From Octopus vulgaris (taxonomy: Eukaryota): a stretch of 64,000 bases of DNA. The stretch covers positions 54,932,001 through 54,996,000 of the forward strand of contig OX597826.1 of NCBI GenBank assembly GCA_951406725.2, read 5' to 3'. The notes under the pieces are model-generated. The model saw only the letters and a list, made by a program, of their open reading frames with translations, did no database searches and was not told where the DNA came from. Positions 1 to 15,239 of the stretch are shown here, piece by piece. Position 1 is the stretch's first letter; each line of letters begins with the position of its first letter. The translations under genes were made by a program, and so were the position numbers.

Positions 1-100
1 GAGAGTGAGAGAAAGAGGAGAAGATACACACACACACACACACACACATACACACATATATATATACATATATATATGTAGTTATGTATAACTTGACACA

Positions 101-510
101 ATGAAGTGCATATATAAACAGATCGGGAAAATCCCCGAAAGATACTGTAACTGTAGATCTCCAAACTACTGCCCCCTAAATAATTGCTGTCTGGAGAAAG
201 AACTTATATACAAGGTCAAAATCATGGATCCCAACGGAGTAACAAAGATGTATATTAGAATGACGGGCAACTCGTTCAAGGAAAGACACACACAAGACGT
301 ATCGTCATTCACTGACAAAAATGCGACATCCCTATCCAATATGATATGGGCATTGAAAGAAGGTAGCGTAAGCAACCTCTCGGATAATAAGGAAATTCAC
401 TGCTAAAGCTAGAAAATATAGGGGACAAGGTACGAAGTGTGTGCGCTTTATAACTGAAAAGCTAGTTATCATCCAATCAACAGACAACAACTTAAATATT
501 AGGGAAGTAA
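101..510 (+). pseudogene. Penelope-like element GIY-YIG endonuclease remnant
   Basis: ORF 101-406 reads CNCRSPNYCPLNNCCLEKELIYKVKI...MYIRMTGNSFKERH, the CNC-x4-CPL-x3-C / IY / YIG(mutated to YIR)-T / FKER pattern of Penelope-like element endonucleases. The continuation is frameshifted (C-x-L...EKLVI...LN). Confidence 0.85.
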
Positions 511-615
511 TTTAGACTCCGACATTTCAAAGAGGAACCACCGCCCACTTCGACAATCCCTAAATGTCAACATTGATTATATACTGCATAGAAACTTTAC
601 ACATAGATGATACCT

Positions 616-752
616 ACTTCTCTGATGAACCCCTTTAGCACAAAAACATAGGAACATTACATTTACCCGGAATATAATATAATGCAAGCAAATTCACCAT
701 CCAACACGGTTTTCACCCATAAAAATCAAATCGAAGAGACGTAATCAGTGAA
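616..752 (+). ncRNA. Degenerate hammerhead-like motif in Penelope pseudo-LTR
   Basis: cttct-CTGATGA at ~616-628 and gagacgtaatcagtgaag at ~735-752 (decayed GAAAC..UH plus stem I partner), directly downstream of the GIY-YIG remnant. Confidence 0.35.
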
Positions 753-1029
753 GCGGTGTCATCCAAGAATAGCACTCGCTGATATCTTTTCTTTCCGAGA
801 ATTTTTGTGAATTCCCAAGATTTTCGTGTTTTCCATACATTCGGTTGCGCGCCCGCAAACCCACGTACATGTGCCTATATGTATATACTCATCTACACTT
901 AATTGAAACACAAACATGCTAACTCACACATTCGCCAAAAAATAAAAATATCTACGTACCTGCTTACACGCTCGCACACGCAGATAATCTCTCTCTAAAT
1001 ATATTATGTGTGTATATACATATATAGTT

Positions 1030-1175
1030 ACAGAAGTGATGAGCTGTAAGTAGCTTGCTTACCAACTACATGTTTCTGAATTCAGTCCCACAGCCTAGCA
1101 CCTTGAGCAAGTGCCTCCTACTATGCCATCGGGCCGACCATGACCTTGTTAGACGGAAACTGAAAGAAACCCGTC

Positions 1176-1227
<52 letters not shown>

Positions 1228-1470
1228 ATATATATATATATATATATATATATGTAATAGTGTATATGCTTGTGCGTCTGTCTTTGTACCTCCCCATCGC
1301 TTGACAACCGATGTTGGTGTATTTACGTTCTCGTAATGTAGCAGTTCGGCAAAAACCGATAGACTAAGTACTAGGCTTACAAAGAAAAAGTGCTGGGTCA
1401 ATTTGTTCGACTAAAGGCGGTGCTCCAGCAAGACCGCAGTCAAATGACTGAAACAAATAAAGGAATAAGA
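1030..1470 (+). mobile_element. SINE family A (tRNA head, CORE-like body, internal microsatellite)
   Basis: Matches the copies at 13905, 15726 and 61234: ccttgagcaagtg CORE-like motif, (TA)n after gaaacccgtcg, tail ggcggtgctccagca...cagtcaaatgactgaaaca. Confidence 0.85.
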
Positions 1471-1629
1471 GGACATATATATATATATATATATGTATAC
1501 ACACACACACACATATATATATATGTATATTTACACATACAAACACGCATGTGTGTGTACATGAATGTACGTATGTATATTCATAATGTGATAGTAAATC
1601 ACACACATACATATATATATATATATACG

Positions 1630-1950
1630 AGCACCAGCAACACCACGACCCCCACCACCACCACCACCACCACCACCACAATCATCACCAACGCCAACAC
1701 CGCCAACATCACTAACGTCAGCATTATTGTCGCCATCATCACGAACATCAAGAACAAAACCATGGCACCAGCACCACCAGCACCACCACCACCAAAATCA
1801 TCATCAGCGTTATAGCCGGCACAATCATCATCATCCTCATCAACCTCATCATCCTCATCACTACCACCATATGCAGCACCTTCAATCACAGCATCAACAC
1901 CACTACCACCAGCAGCAGTAGTAGCAGCAGAAGCAGGAGCAGGAGGCGAG
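1630..1950. repeat. Compound trinucleotide microsatellite (CAC/CAT/CAG/TAG)
   Basis: Direct reading; the source of the poly-T/H/P/D ORFs. Confidence 0.9.
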
Positions 1951-2099
1951 ATGCAATAAATGTTGTTATGTTACGGTCCAATGGTGAACAGATTCAATAA
2001 GCCAGCCAGAATATTACGGCGAGGACCTTTCGCTCTGGCTGCTAATAACGACGGCTGCCACCTGCAGTGATGGTTGGCACACTGTTGTTCACAACATTA

Positions 2100-5600
<3,501 letters not shown>

Positions 5601-6373
5601 CATAGTCACGTGGAGAGAGTGACATTTGCGTAGTATCGATAAACGTTGGTAGATTACTAGTTAAAGTGGTTTTAGCTCTAATATCGGCAGTCTTGGAAGC
5701 TTAGACCTATTGACATATTATTCCAAGAAGTTCCTGCTACCTTTGCCAAAATATCCATCTGAGAGTATGCATGTTTGTATGTGTGTGTGTGTGGGTGTGT
5801 GTGTGTGTGAGTGTGTGTGTTGCGTTTGAGTGCCTCCTTGTGTGTTTATGTGTAGTGTATGGGTATCGTGATGCAAGAAAGTGTTCATTGACGATCCGTT
5901 GTGGTTGAGAAACTATATGTAGTTGGAACACCAACCGCTGAGCTCCAAGCAACCATAAGGGCGGAACGTGAGTAGGAAATTTGATATAAGCATGGGTTTG
6001 TCTCTGTGTGTCCTGCATTTGTTATCTAGGTCATAAGTGATAATACTCTTTAGTAAATATTGTAGCTTGTTAACAATTAAATATTACGCAGACCATTAGC
6101 GGTCATACGCCAAGTACAGATAATTTCTACTTACACACAAACACACATACACATAGACACATGCACACACACACACACAAACACAAACAAACGCACACAC
6201 ATATAAAAACAAACACATGCATACACACACGCACACACACGCATACATACACTCACACACACAAAGGCGCACATACAAACACTTACACTCACACGGACAC
6301 ATATATACTATTCTTTAACAATAGTACTGAGACTAACTTCGACGTTTCGGTCAGCCAAACCATCACCGGACTC

Positions 6374-6423
<50 letters not shown>

Positions 6424-6441
6424 GCCTATATATATTTATGT

Positions 6442-6582
6442 CAGGAGTGGCTGTGTGTTAAGGAGCTTGCTTCCCAATCATATGTCTCTGGGTTCAGTCC
6501 CACTGCGCAGCAACATGGGCAAGTGTCTTCTTCTATAGCCCCGGGCCGACCAAAGCCTTGTGAGTGAAACTGAAAGAAGCCT
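6442..6582 (+). mobile_element. SINE A, 5' half
   Basis: caggagtggctgtgtg A-box, gggttcagtccc B-box, gggcaagtgtcttc; ends at gaaactgaaagaagcc. Confidence 0.8.
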
Positions 6583-7144
6583 AAATACCAAACTTGAGGA
6601 ATTAGGCTTATTAAACCCAGAAAGGAGAAAGCTAATTCAAAGACTACAGATCCAATCCATCACTTGAACTGTAAAACTATATGCATGAAACATACAAATT
6701 TGTACATACATACATAAAACATACAAATTTGCACATACATACATACATAAATACATACATGCATACATACATACACACATACATACATACACACATACAC
6801 TCATACATGCATGTATAAATACATACACAAATACCCTGTTGTTGATGCTGAAATCCAATGAAGTAGCCTTGGTTCTATGTTAGAAACCGGTTCTTTCTCT
6901 ATTGGCAAGAAATCTTAAAATAAACTGAATAATGACTTACATACATTCATGCATACATGCATACATACATACATGGTGTAAATCAAGGCGTAACCGATTC
7001 AGTAAATCTGTACTTAAGTTGGGTGAGTCCAATATGTTCCGATACATGAATTTGGTATGAGAGGGGTAGTAGTGCTTCACACCACTCTAACCATTTTCCA
7101 GAGCAATCAGAGGTTGTGTCGATAAATAAACAACCTTCTTTTAG

Positions 7145-7350
7145 TTTTATTCTTTTGCTTGTGTTAGTAATTTGACTTTGGCCATGCTGGGCATCGCCTT
7201 AAAGGGATTTTAGTGAAACAAATCGACTCCAGGACTTATTTTTTACAGCCTGGTAGTACTCTATCGCTCTCGTTTCCCCGAACCACTACGTTACGGGGAC
7301 TTAAACATACCAACACTGGTTGTCAAGCGGTGATGGTGGGGTCAAACACA
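7145..7350 (-). mobile_element. SINE A, 3' half (diverged subtype)
   Basis: Reverse complement of the tail (tttgactttggccatgctgg...atcgactccaggacttat...gtcaagcg). A tail-only plus-strand piece follows at ~7452-7522. Confidence 0.75.
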
Positions 7351-8015
7351 AGCAAAAAAGATACACACACGCACACGCACACACACACACACACACACGC
7401 ACACACACACGCACACAACACACACATATGTCTATATTTATATATATAAATCCTTCAAGGGAGTGCACAAGCATGGCCACAGTCAAATTGCTGAAACAAG
7501 TAAAATAATAAAAGAATAAAAGCATACATATATTTTAGTTTATGTATTCGCGCCTGAGTCTGAGCATGCGCGTGCGAATGTGAGTGTGTGTGTGTGTGTG
7601 TATGTGTGTGTATTGCGGACGAAAGAGTTGTTTGTCGCTATATAAATAAGAACGGGACCAAACGACAAGAATAAGAGATGGAGCAAACATAGAATTTTCT
7701 CCTCATCATCTGTCTAAACTAAAGAAATTGCTGTTTCGGCATTTAAAACGGTACTACTTGTCAGACTGCCAAGAAAGAAGGATACGTTTGCTAAGCTTTG
7801 ATATTGATCGGGTGAAGATAAGAAGTATCTAAGAGAATGTACTTTGATATTTAGCGACAGGATGGAGAGAATTTGCTGATACATACATGTATACATGCAT
7901 GCATACATACTTACATGTACACATTCATGCGTACATGCATGTATACATATATATAAGTATGTATGTATATATATGTATACATACACGCAAACACACACAC
8001 ACACACACACACACA

Positions 8016-8061
<46 letters not shown>

Positions 8062-8231
8062 ATTGTCAACCAAGTGTGGCGTCCCACACGGGACAGTGCT
8101 ACTGACACGTTTATAGCGCCAGGAAGACATCTCTTCCAGCTTGCTAACGACACACATACTGTGTCCGATTAGTATTTTGCGAGAGTGGGTGTGGGGGGGG
8201 GGGCATCGCTCGCACCCTTAAACTTGCCTGA

Positions 8232-8280
8232 AACTTACGGACTCGAGTTTCTGGGTGGTTACCTGTCTTCAGCGTGTGTT
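8232..8280 (-). ncRNA. Minimal type I hammerhead ribozyme (Penelope-type)
   Basis: Minus strand: acg-CTGAAGA-caggtaaccaccca-GAAA-ctcgag-TC-cgt. Intact core, stem I acg/cgt, stem II ggt/acc, palindromic stem III, GUC cleavage triplet. Confidence 0.7.
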
Positions 8281-8292
8281 AATCACCAGCTA

Positions 8293-8675
8293 TCTCTTTA
8301 TTATAGGCACAAGGCTTGAATACAGAGGGGGGACATACACAAACATGCGGGAACAAATAACATATGAAAGAATGAATTACAATGAATTAAATTATAATGA
8401 ATAGGAGACGGTTTTCACGAAACCGTGATCTTTTTTATAATTAAACGTTCTTACAATCATTTTTTTTTTTTTCCCTTTTTAGCTTGTTCTTTTTCTTAGT
8501 CTCTTGTTTTTTTCTGTAGCGTTTTTTTCCCTTTTTTTCTTTATACATTTTAACAGTCTATTTTCCTCGTTTTTTTTTATGAAGTATAAATTTTACTTAC
8601 TTATTTTGAAATGTTCATAAAGGGTTTCAAATTTTCTAATTCCACGACCGGCGGGTGCTCTTCAAACTCGATTTC
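8293..8675 (-). mobile_element. 5'-truncated copy of the ORF1-only retroelement (3' end)
   Basis: Diverged duplicate of 8676-9030. On the minus strand it ends tgtatgtcccccctctgtattcaagccttgtgcctataataaagaga. Confidence 0.75.
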
Positions 8676-10150
8676 AAGGCCTGAATACAGAGGGGACATA
8701 CACAAACATGCGGGAACAAAAAATTAAATGAAAAAATGAATTACAATGGATTAAATTATAATGAATATGAGATGGTTTTCTCGGTCCCGCTGCGAGACGA
8801 AACCGCGATTTCTTTTTTACAATTAAACATTTTTAGCCTTTTTTCCCTTTTTTAGCTTGTTCATTTTTTGTATCGTTTTTTGTTTCCTTTTTTCTTTATA
8901 CATTTTAACAGTCTATTTTCCTCGTTTTTTTTATGAATCAGAAATTTTACTTACTTCTTTTGAAATGTTCATAAAGGGTTTCAAATCTTCTAATTCCACG
9001 ACCGGCGGGTGCTCGTCAAACTCGACTTCAACTCCCAGCGGTTCTATGAAAAGTCCATACATCTCTCTCAATTTCGAAAATCTCTCTTTGTCTACGACTA
9101 TTCCTTTAGTGTATTCCGGGTATTTTCCTGGCGGCAGCTTTACTCTTATTGCCGATTTAAATTTTACAAACGTTCTCTCTATTTCTTTCCTTTTGGAATA
9201 CGTGACAAAATGCCACTTATATCTCTTCCTTTTCACTTCTGCTTGCTTCGGCTCCCGTCCTGATCTGTTCGGGCGTGCAAAAATATCATAATTTTATGAA
9301 CGCTTCCTTTTCCTTGAAATGCTGTTTTTTCCTGTGTGCCTTCTTTCACTACTGTTTCTCTAGGTGCTTCACACCTATTTCTTTTTTCTTCCATCACAAT
9401 CTCCTTTAGCTTTTTTTGCCTGTCTGGGGGAGAATTCACTCGTTCCTTTCTCTTCCTCGTGTTTACTACTGTGAAGGGTTTCCCCACTCTATCTGTCTCT
9501 TTCGTTGGTACTACCTCTTCGGTATTGTTTTCTCCACTTTTCCTCTCCTCTTCGTTCTCCTTCTCGGGACATCCTGCTTTCATGTGCCTTCCCCTGCCGC
9601 ATAGGAAGCATGTTGGTGTTCCCCACCCCCACTGCTACTCGAAGTCCGCCGTCTTCCGGGAGCCCTACTTTCTCTGATACACCATGCAAGTCCTCCAAAG
9701 ACACCTGCACAGCCACTTCGAGGCCACATCCCCACCAATTGGACCTTGGGGCCCTCGCCATCTTGAGAATCTCCACTCCATCTCTCATATCATGCATCAT
9801 GGCCGCCACCAGCCACTCCTCGATTTCGGAGTGCACTCCTCCAACTCTTACTCCGGCCGCGCGCCCGCCACAGCACGTCAGAAGCAGCATCCACCTCGCC
9901 GTCCGCAACGGCTCCGCGGAGTGACTCATGGCATCCTCCTTTCTGCCGAATCCCACCTCCACCGAGCCATACTCCCCTCCACGTGTGCAAAATGTGGTCA
10001 ACCCCTTCACATCCTCGAGGCACTCCTCTGTTGGGGAGCACCTCTATCCCGCTTGGGGATGCAGAAACGTTCTGCACATCACCGTCCTCCCCTCCACGCC
10101 CCTCATCAGCCCGTTTGGGGGAGTCAGCTCCAGACCGGCTCCCTCCCCTC
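8676..10150 (-). mobile_element. Non-LTR ORF1 (gag-like, CCHC zinc knuckle) element with 3' UTR and no ORF2; frameshifted
   Basis: ORFs 9489-10010, 9233-9583 and 8931-9236 on the minus strand join into one protein. At the frame junction it reads PTCFLCGRGRHMKAGCPEK (C-x2-C-x4-H-x4-C), followed by an E/K-rich linker. A ~230 bp UTR follows and no RT/endonuclease is seen. L1/Tx1-like affinity is inferred. Confidence 0.7.
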
Positions 10151-10159
10151 TACAAATCT

Positions 10160-10292
10160 TCCTCCTGTTTCTTTCGTTGGTACTACCTCTTCGGTATTGT
10201 TTTCTTCACTTTTCCTCTCCTCTTCGTTCTCCTTCTCGGGAGATCCTGTTTTCATGTGCACCCCCTGTCGCATAGGAAGCATGTTGGCGTTC
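10160..10292 (-). repeat. Duplicate of the zinc-knuckle segment (9495-9620)
   Basis: PTCFLCDRGVHMKTGSPEKENEEERKSEENNTEEVVPTKET is near-identical to the copy at 9495-9620. Confidence 0.85.
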
Positions 10293-10296
10293 CTCC

Positions 10297-10627
10297 CAAG
10301 AAGAAAAATAAACAACTACGACGAATTAAGGTGGGAAATACGAAGGTTGTGGTCAATGAAGAGAGTAGACGTGATACCAATAGTAATTGGAGCACTTGGA
10401 AGTATCAGCACTCGACTACCAAAATGGCTGAACTAGACTGGTGTAAGCGTGAAGGTAGAACACCTACAAAAACCAGCATTGCTTGGAACTGCAAGAATTC
10501 TTTGTAGGGTGCTTGAAGAATGACCAGAAACAAGTGTCACCTTAGTCTGCTGGCTGTGGACAACTGACACTTTCCATCCGACCCAGCAAAATACATCAAC
10601 AACAACAAGAAAAAAATTATAATAATG

Positions 10628-10674
<47 letters not shown>

Positions 10675-10675
10675 T
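10297..10675 (+). mobile_element. R4/Dong-type (restriction-like endonuclease) LINE 3' fragment with (TAA)n tail
   Basis: KINNYDELRWEIRRLWSMKRVDVIPIVIGALGS...EHLQKPALLGTARIL is the C-terminus of the RLE domain (one internal stop). A short UTR and (TAA)n follow. Confidence 0.85.
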
Positions 10676-10804
10676 AATTCTTTTTATTTTTTTATTTTTA
10701 TTATTTTTATTATTATTATTATTATTATAAACAAGTCTTAAAGTACACCAATAATTTTAAACGATCCCACCCGAAACTCGTCATGGTTTTCACTATATTC
10801 TATT

Positions 10805-11185
10805 ATTTTTTTGTACTTGTTTCAGTCATTAGACTGCGGCCATGCTGGAACACCGTCTTGAAGAATTTTAGTCCAATGAATTGACACCAATACCTATTCT
10901 TTTTAAAGACTGGTAATTTTTCTAACGGGGGTTTGTCGAACCACTGGGTTACGGGGAGGAAATAAACACGCCAACACTGGTTGTCAAGTGGTGGTGAGGG
11001 ACAAACACACAAACACAAACACACACAACACACACACATGTACGACGGGCATCTTTCATTTTACGTTTATCAAATCTACCCACAAACCATTCGTCAGCCT
11101 GAGGTTATAGTAGAAGACACTCACCCACGTTGCCATGCAGTGGGACTGAACCCTGAACCATGTGGTTGGGAAGCAAGCTTCGTAG
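10805..11185 (-). mobile_element. SINE A (diverged subtype)
   Basis: Reverse complement of the full body, from the tail to the gggttcagtccc B-box. Confidence 0.8.
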
Positions 11186-11230
11186 CACATTCCACACTTA
11201 CGGCTAAGATTATATTATTTAATGTTTAAA

Positions 11231-11603
11231 GGCGGCGAGCTCGCAGAAATGTTAGCGCGCCGGGCGAAATGCGTAGCCGTATTTCGTCTGTCGATACGTT
11301 CCTAGTTCAAATTCTGCCGAGGTCGACTTTGCCTTTCATCCTTTCGGGGTCGATAAAATCGACTTAATCCGTTTGTATGTCCTCTCTGTGTTTAGCCGCT
11401 TGTGGGTGGTAAAGAAATACGTATTTCGTCTGTCGATACGTTCCTAGTTCAAATTCTGCCGAGGTTGACTTTGCCTTTCATCCTTTCGGGGTCGATAAAT
11501 TAAGTACCAGTTACGCACTGGTGTCGATTTAATCGACTTACTCCCTTTGTCTGTCCGTGTTTGTCCCTTCTGTGTTTAGCCCCTTGTGGGTAGTAAAGAA
11601 ATA
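11231..11603 (+). mobile_element. SINE family B dimer (Meta-domain-like), 15-bp TSD
   Basis: Head ggcggcgagctcgcagaaatgttag, then two copies of gttcaaattctgccgaggtcgactttgcctttcatcctttcggggtcgataaa. Flanked by tatattatttaatgt at 11211-11225 and 11604-11618. Confidence 0.85.
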
Positions 11604-11999
11604 TATATTATTTAATGTCGTAGTTTTCGATATGAATGATATTTGAATGCTAACTTCAGCTTCGAGCGCGACTATGGAAAGGTATCCTTACGTTTATTAG
11701 TTGCGTATAATAAGGACGGTTTATCAATCTGGCAGTAATAAATACCTCACCGTGTACTATTTTATTCACAAAATAATTGTCATGAAAGAGAAAATAAAGA
11801 TCGGAATGATTTGAACTCATAATAGCGATATGACAAAATTAAATATTTAGAATAATGCTCTGCAAAAGCACACTCATTCATTCCTTGTTAATAAATCTAC
11901 GTACTTTGCAGCTCCAGTCTCCCCTTAGCGGTCCTATTACGTCATCTCAGGACATTGCAGCCATTTCCCCCACTTACCAGTAAAACTTCTTCATTTTAT

Positions 12000-12305
12000 C
12001 ACCTTGCACCCATTTTTCGCCCTTACCAGATCCCCATCTTCACCTCAACCTCTAGCTGCCCTTTTCTGCTCTTCATCTCAACCCCTAGCTACCCTTTTTT
12101 GCTTTTCACCTCAACCCCTAGCTGCGTTTTTCTGCTCTTCACCTGGTACCCCTTTTCCCGCTCTTCCCAGACTAATGCATTCACCTTGCCCCTTCCCCGC
12201 CTTACAAGACCAATGTATCCAGCTCAAAAGATTTATACCCACATTACCGTCCTCTCCAGACCAAAATATCCATCTCAGCACCTTGCACCCTATTTCTAAC
12301 CTTAA
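12000..12305. repeat. Pyrimidine-rich 33-bp minisatellite
   Basis: ttcacctcaacccctagctgcccttttctgctc occurs ~3.5 times from 12039, plus recurring caccttgcaccc. Confidence 0.75.
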
Positions 12306-12491
12306 GGAGACTAAATTCCCCTTACCTTCTGTTTAATTCTTCAGCAGTATTTTATTTCGCCATTGATTTATTTTGAAATTTCTATTTTCTGCATAGATTC
12401 CAAAACAGATTCCAAATATCTTCTGGGAGTCTTTTAATATCAAGAAAGGGTTAATTGAAAATATTCATGTAATATCCAAAGATATTGCACT

Positions 12492-12540
<49 letters not shown>

Positions 12541-12670
12541 GTATGTGTGTATATATATGCATATATATACATACATAAACATATATATACACACACACAC
12601 ACATATATACAAATACATACATACATATATATATATCTTTACATATATATACATATATGAATACGAATAA

Positions 12671-12712
<42 letters not shown>

Positions 12713-13079
12713 GCGAGAGAGAGAGTGGGGCGAGAGAGAGAGAGAGAGTGAAGAAGTACGTAGTTACTATAGAAATTAGAAATATTCATCCATTCATGCT
12801 TACATGCACATTTGTCCATATGTATGTATATACACGCACAGACATACGCACACATATTTCCAACATGAATTACACACTGATTCACACTCACGCATGCTCA
12901 TGCAAACACACTTACGTATGTATGTATGTATGTATGTATGTATGTATGTATGTATATATGTATGTATGTATGTATGCCTGCATGTATGTATGTATGTATG
13001 TACGTGTATGTATATATATATATATATATGTGTGTGTATAATTATATATATAATTATATATATATATATATATATATAT

Positions 13080-13128
<49 letters not shown>

Positions 13129-13904
13129 GGTAGATAGATATAAATCAAATATCCGCTGTTGTTTCGAGAAAAAAATGAAAACAATGATTTTTCTTCATTC
13201 TCATCGTCAACATTGGACGCTTCCCAATTGAATTATAAAATTGAAAATGAAGAAGAGGTCAGGAAACCAAATTGAGGTGAATGAGATCATACCCTCCTCC
13301 TTTGAGAGGAGAAGACAGCCGAAACCTTTATCTCAGTTTGTTCAAACCTTGAATGATTCCATTCAGAAATCTTTTCTGCTTAGAGTATTTGTTTCACCAC
13401 ACTTCTTTGTTGAGGAATCAACTTCACTGTGTCTCTTTTACTCTCAGTCTTTCTCTCTCTTTAACTCTTACTCTTTGTCTTCTAAGTTTTGGCATTTGAT
13501 ATCCTTCTACATTACTATTATATAAATGTTAGTGTTAGCGTCAGGGTACAAGGTCAGGAGTATAATATATCTGATATTTAATATATCATTCTTTGTCTTT
13601 GTTACCGAAATTTATTCCACTGGCCGTCCGTCCATGTGGTATTTCTCAGAGCTTTATTTTTCTTTGAATCATGCAAATTACAGTAAAACGTTCTTTCCTA
13701 TGTTTAAATGTGTTTATTCCTTATATTAAGTTGCAGCCAAGGTAGAGCAAAACTATTCTAATCATCTTAAGAGTCATTTTCTTCGAGTGATAAGAAAATT
13801 ATCGGACGCACCTCTTTTGCTTCAGAGTCTGCTGCTATAACTGCAAGGTATTATGTTACTTTCTCTCAAAGCGAAGATGATTTCACTACATTGAGAATTT
13901 ATAT

Positions 13905-14062
13905 AGGAGTGGCTGTGTGGTAAGTAGCTTGCTAACCAACCACATGGTTCCGGGTTCAGTCCCACTGCGTGGCACCTTGGGCAATTGTCTTGTGCTATAG
14001 CCCCGGGCCGACCAATGCCTTGTTAGTGGATTTGGTAGACGGAAACTGAAAGAAGCCTGTCG

Positions 14063-14100
<38 letters not shown>

Positions 14101-14300
14101 TGTTTGTCCCCCTAGCATTGCTTGACAACCGATGCTGGTGTGTTTACGTCCCCGTCACTTAGCGATTCGGTAAAAGAGACCGATAGAATAAGTACTGGGC
14201 TTACAAAGAATAATTCCCGGGGTCGATTCGCTCGACTAAAGGCGGTGCTCCAGCATGGCCGCAGTCAAATGACTGAAACAAGTAAAAAGAGTAAAAAGAG
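13905..14300 (+). mobile_element. SINE A, full length, young
   Basis: A-box tggctgtgtgg, B-box ggttcagtccc, caccttgggcaa CORE-like motif, (TG)n, tail ending (agtaaaaag)n. Confidence 0.9.
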
Positions 14301-15168
14301 TATATATATATATAGAAAGAGAGAGAGAGAGAGAGAGAGATACATATCCATCTATACATATATACATATGTACATATATATATAGAGATGTATATATATC
14401 GTCATATATATGTATGTAAATTTCCTAAAATTTGCTAGCATTCATCAACGATGTTCCGACGCTGTGCGGGTTACGTAAGAACTATAAATATTACGTAAAC
14501 TCAATTATGGGGGTCCCATCCCGACCAGTTTGCGGAGCGAATATAACTTGCTATTAACAGTTAACCTACTTCCTCTCAGAGGTGTTACGACCACTTATTG
14601 AAATATCCCCAGACGTCTATGTGAGCACGGAGGACTACCTCAGTAGAATCAGTAGTTGCTACCACTTCAACGACTTCGCAGGTTGTGTAGTGGATAGTAT
14701 GGGTGTGGTTTCACTCTAGCCATCTATATTTTATCCTAGCACCCGAAGGACTCATCACTCAGATAAATGCAGGAGTGCGTCCCCATAAATGAATCCCCCC
14801 TGTACGAAATAAGAATTATACATAGAAGGTAGTGATACGGCAATGCCCATAATATTTACATTCCCCTGTACATTTGCTAGTAGGCTGTTATGTAGACAGT
14901 CAACACATAAGACAGCTATTATGCTTCCACCTCACAAAAAACCGCCACGTGGATTCTGTTGAGACTAGTAAGAAACGATTATGAACTTTTTTATTACACT
15001 TAACTTTTTAAAATATTTTTGATAAGTTTGGTTTTTTAAGAAGAACCGAAACATGTAAAATTTCTAAGAAAATTAAAATTTATCTTATATAGTGGCGTTT
15101 TCAACCTTTTTTATAAATATATACCCACTCGTATACCACCTACACTTATTATATATATATACATATGC

Positions 15169-15229
<61 letters not shown>

Positions 15230-15239
15230 AGAAGCCTTG

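Noticed and set aside
1390-1921. His/Thr/Pro-rich ORFs resembling transcription-factor low-complexity regions
   Set aside because: They start in a SINE tail and microsatellite, have no domain, and all frames are equally repetitive.
9684-10436. 250-aa plus-strand ORF
   Set aside because: It is the antisense of the GC-rich ORF1 element, read through into the Dong LINE fragment; a chimeric artefact.
13905-13980. tRNA genes at SINE heads
   Set aside because: A and B boxes are present but there is no complete cloverleaf, and each continues into a SINE body.
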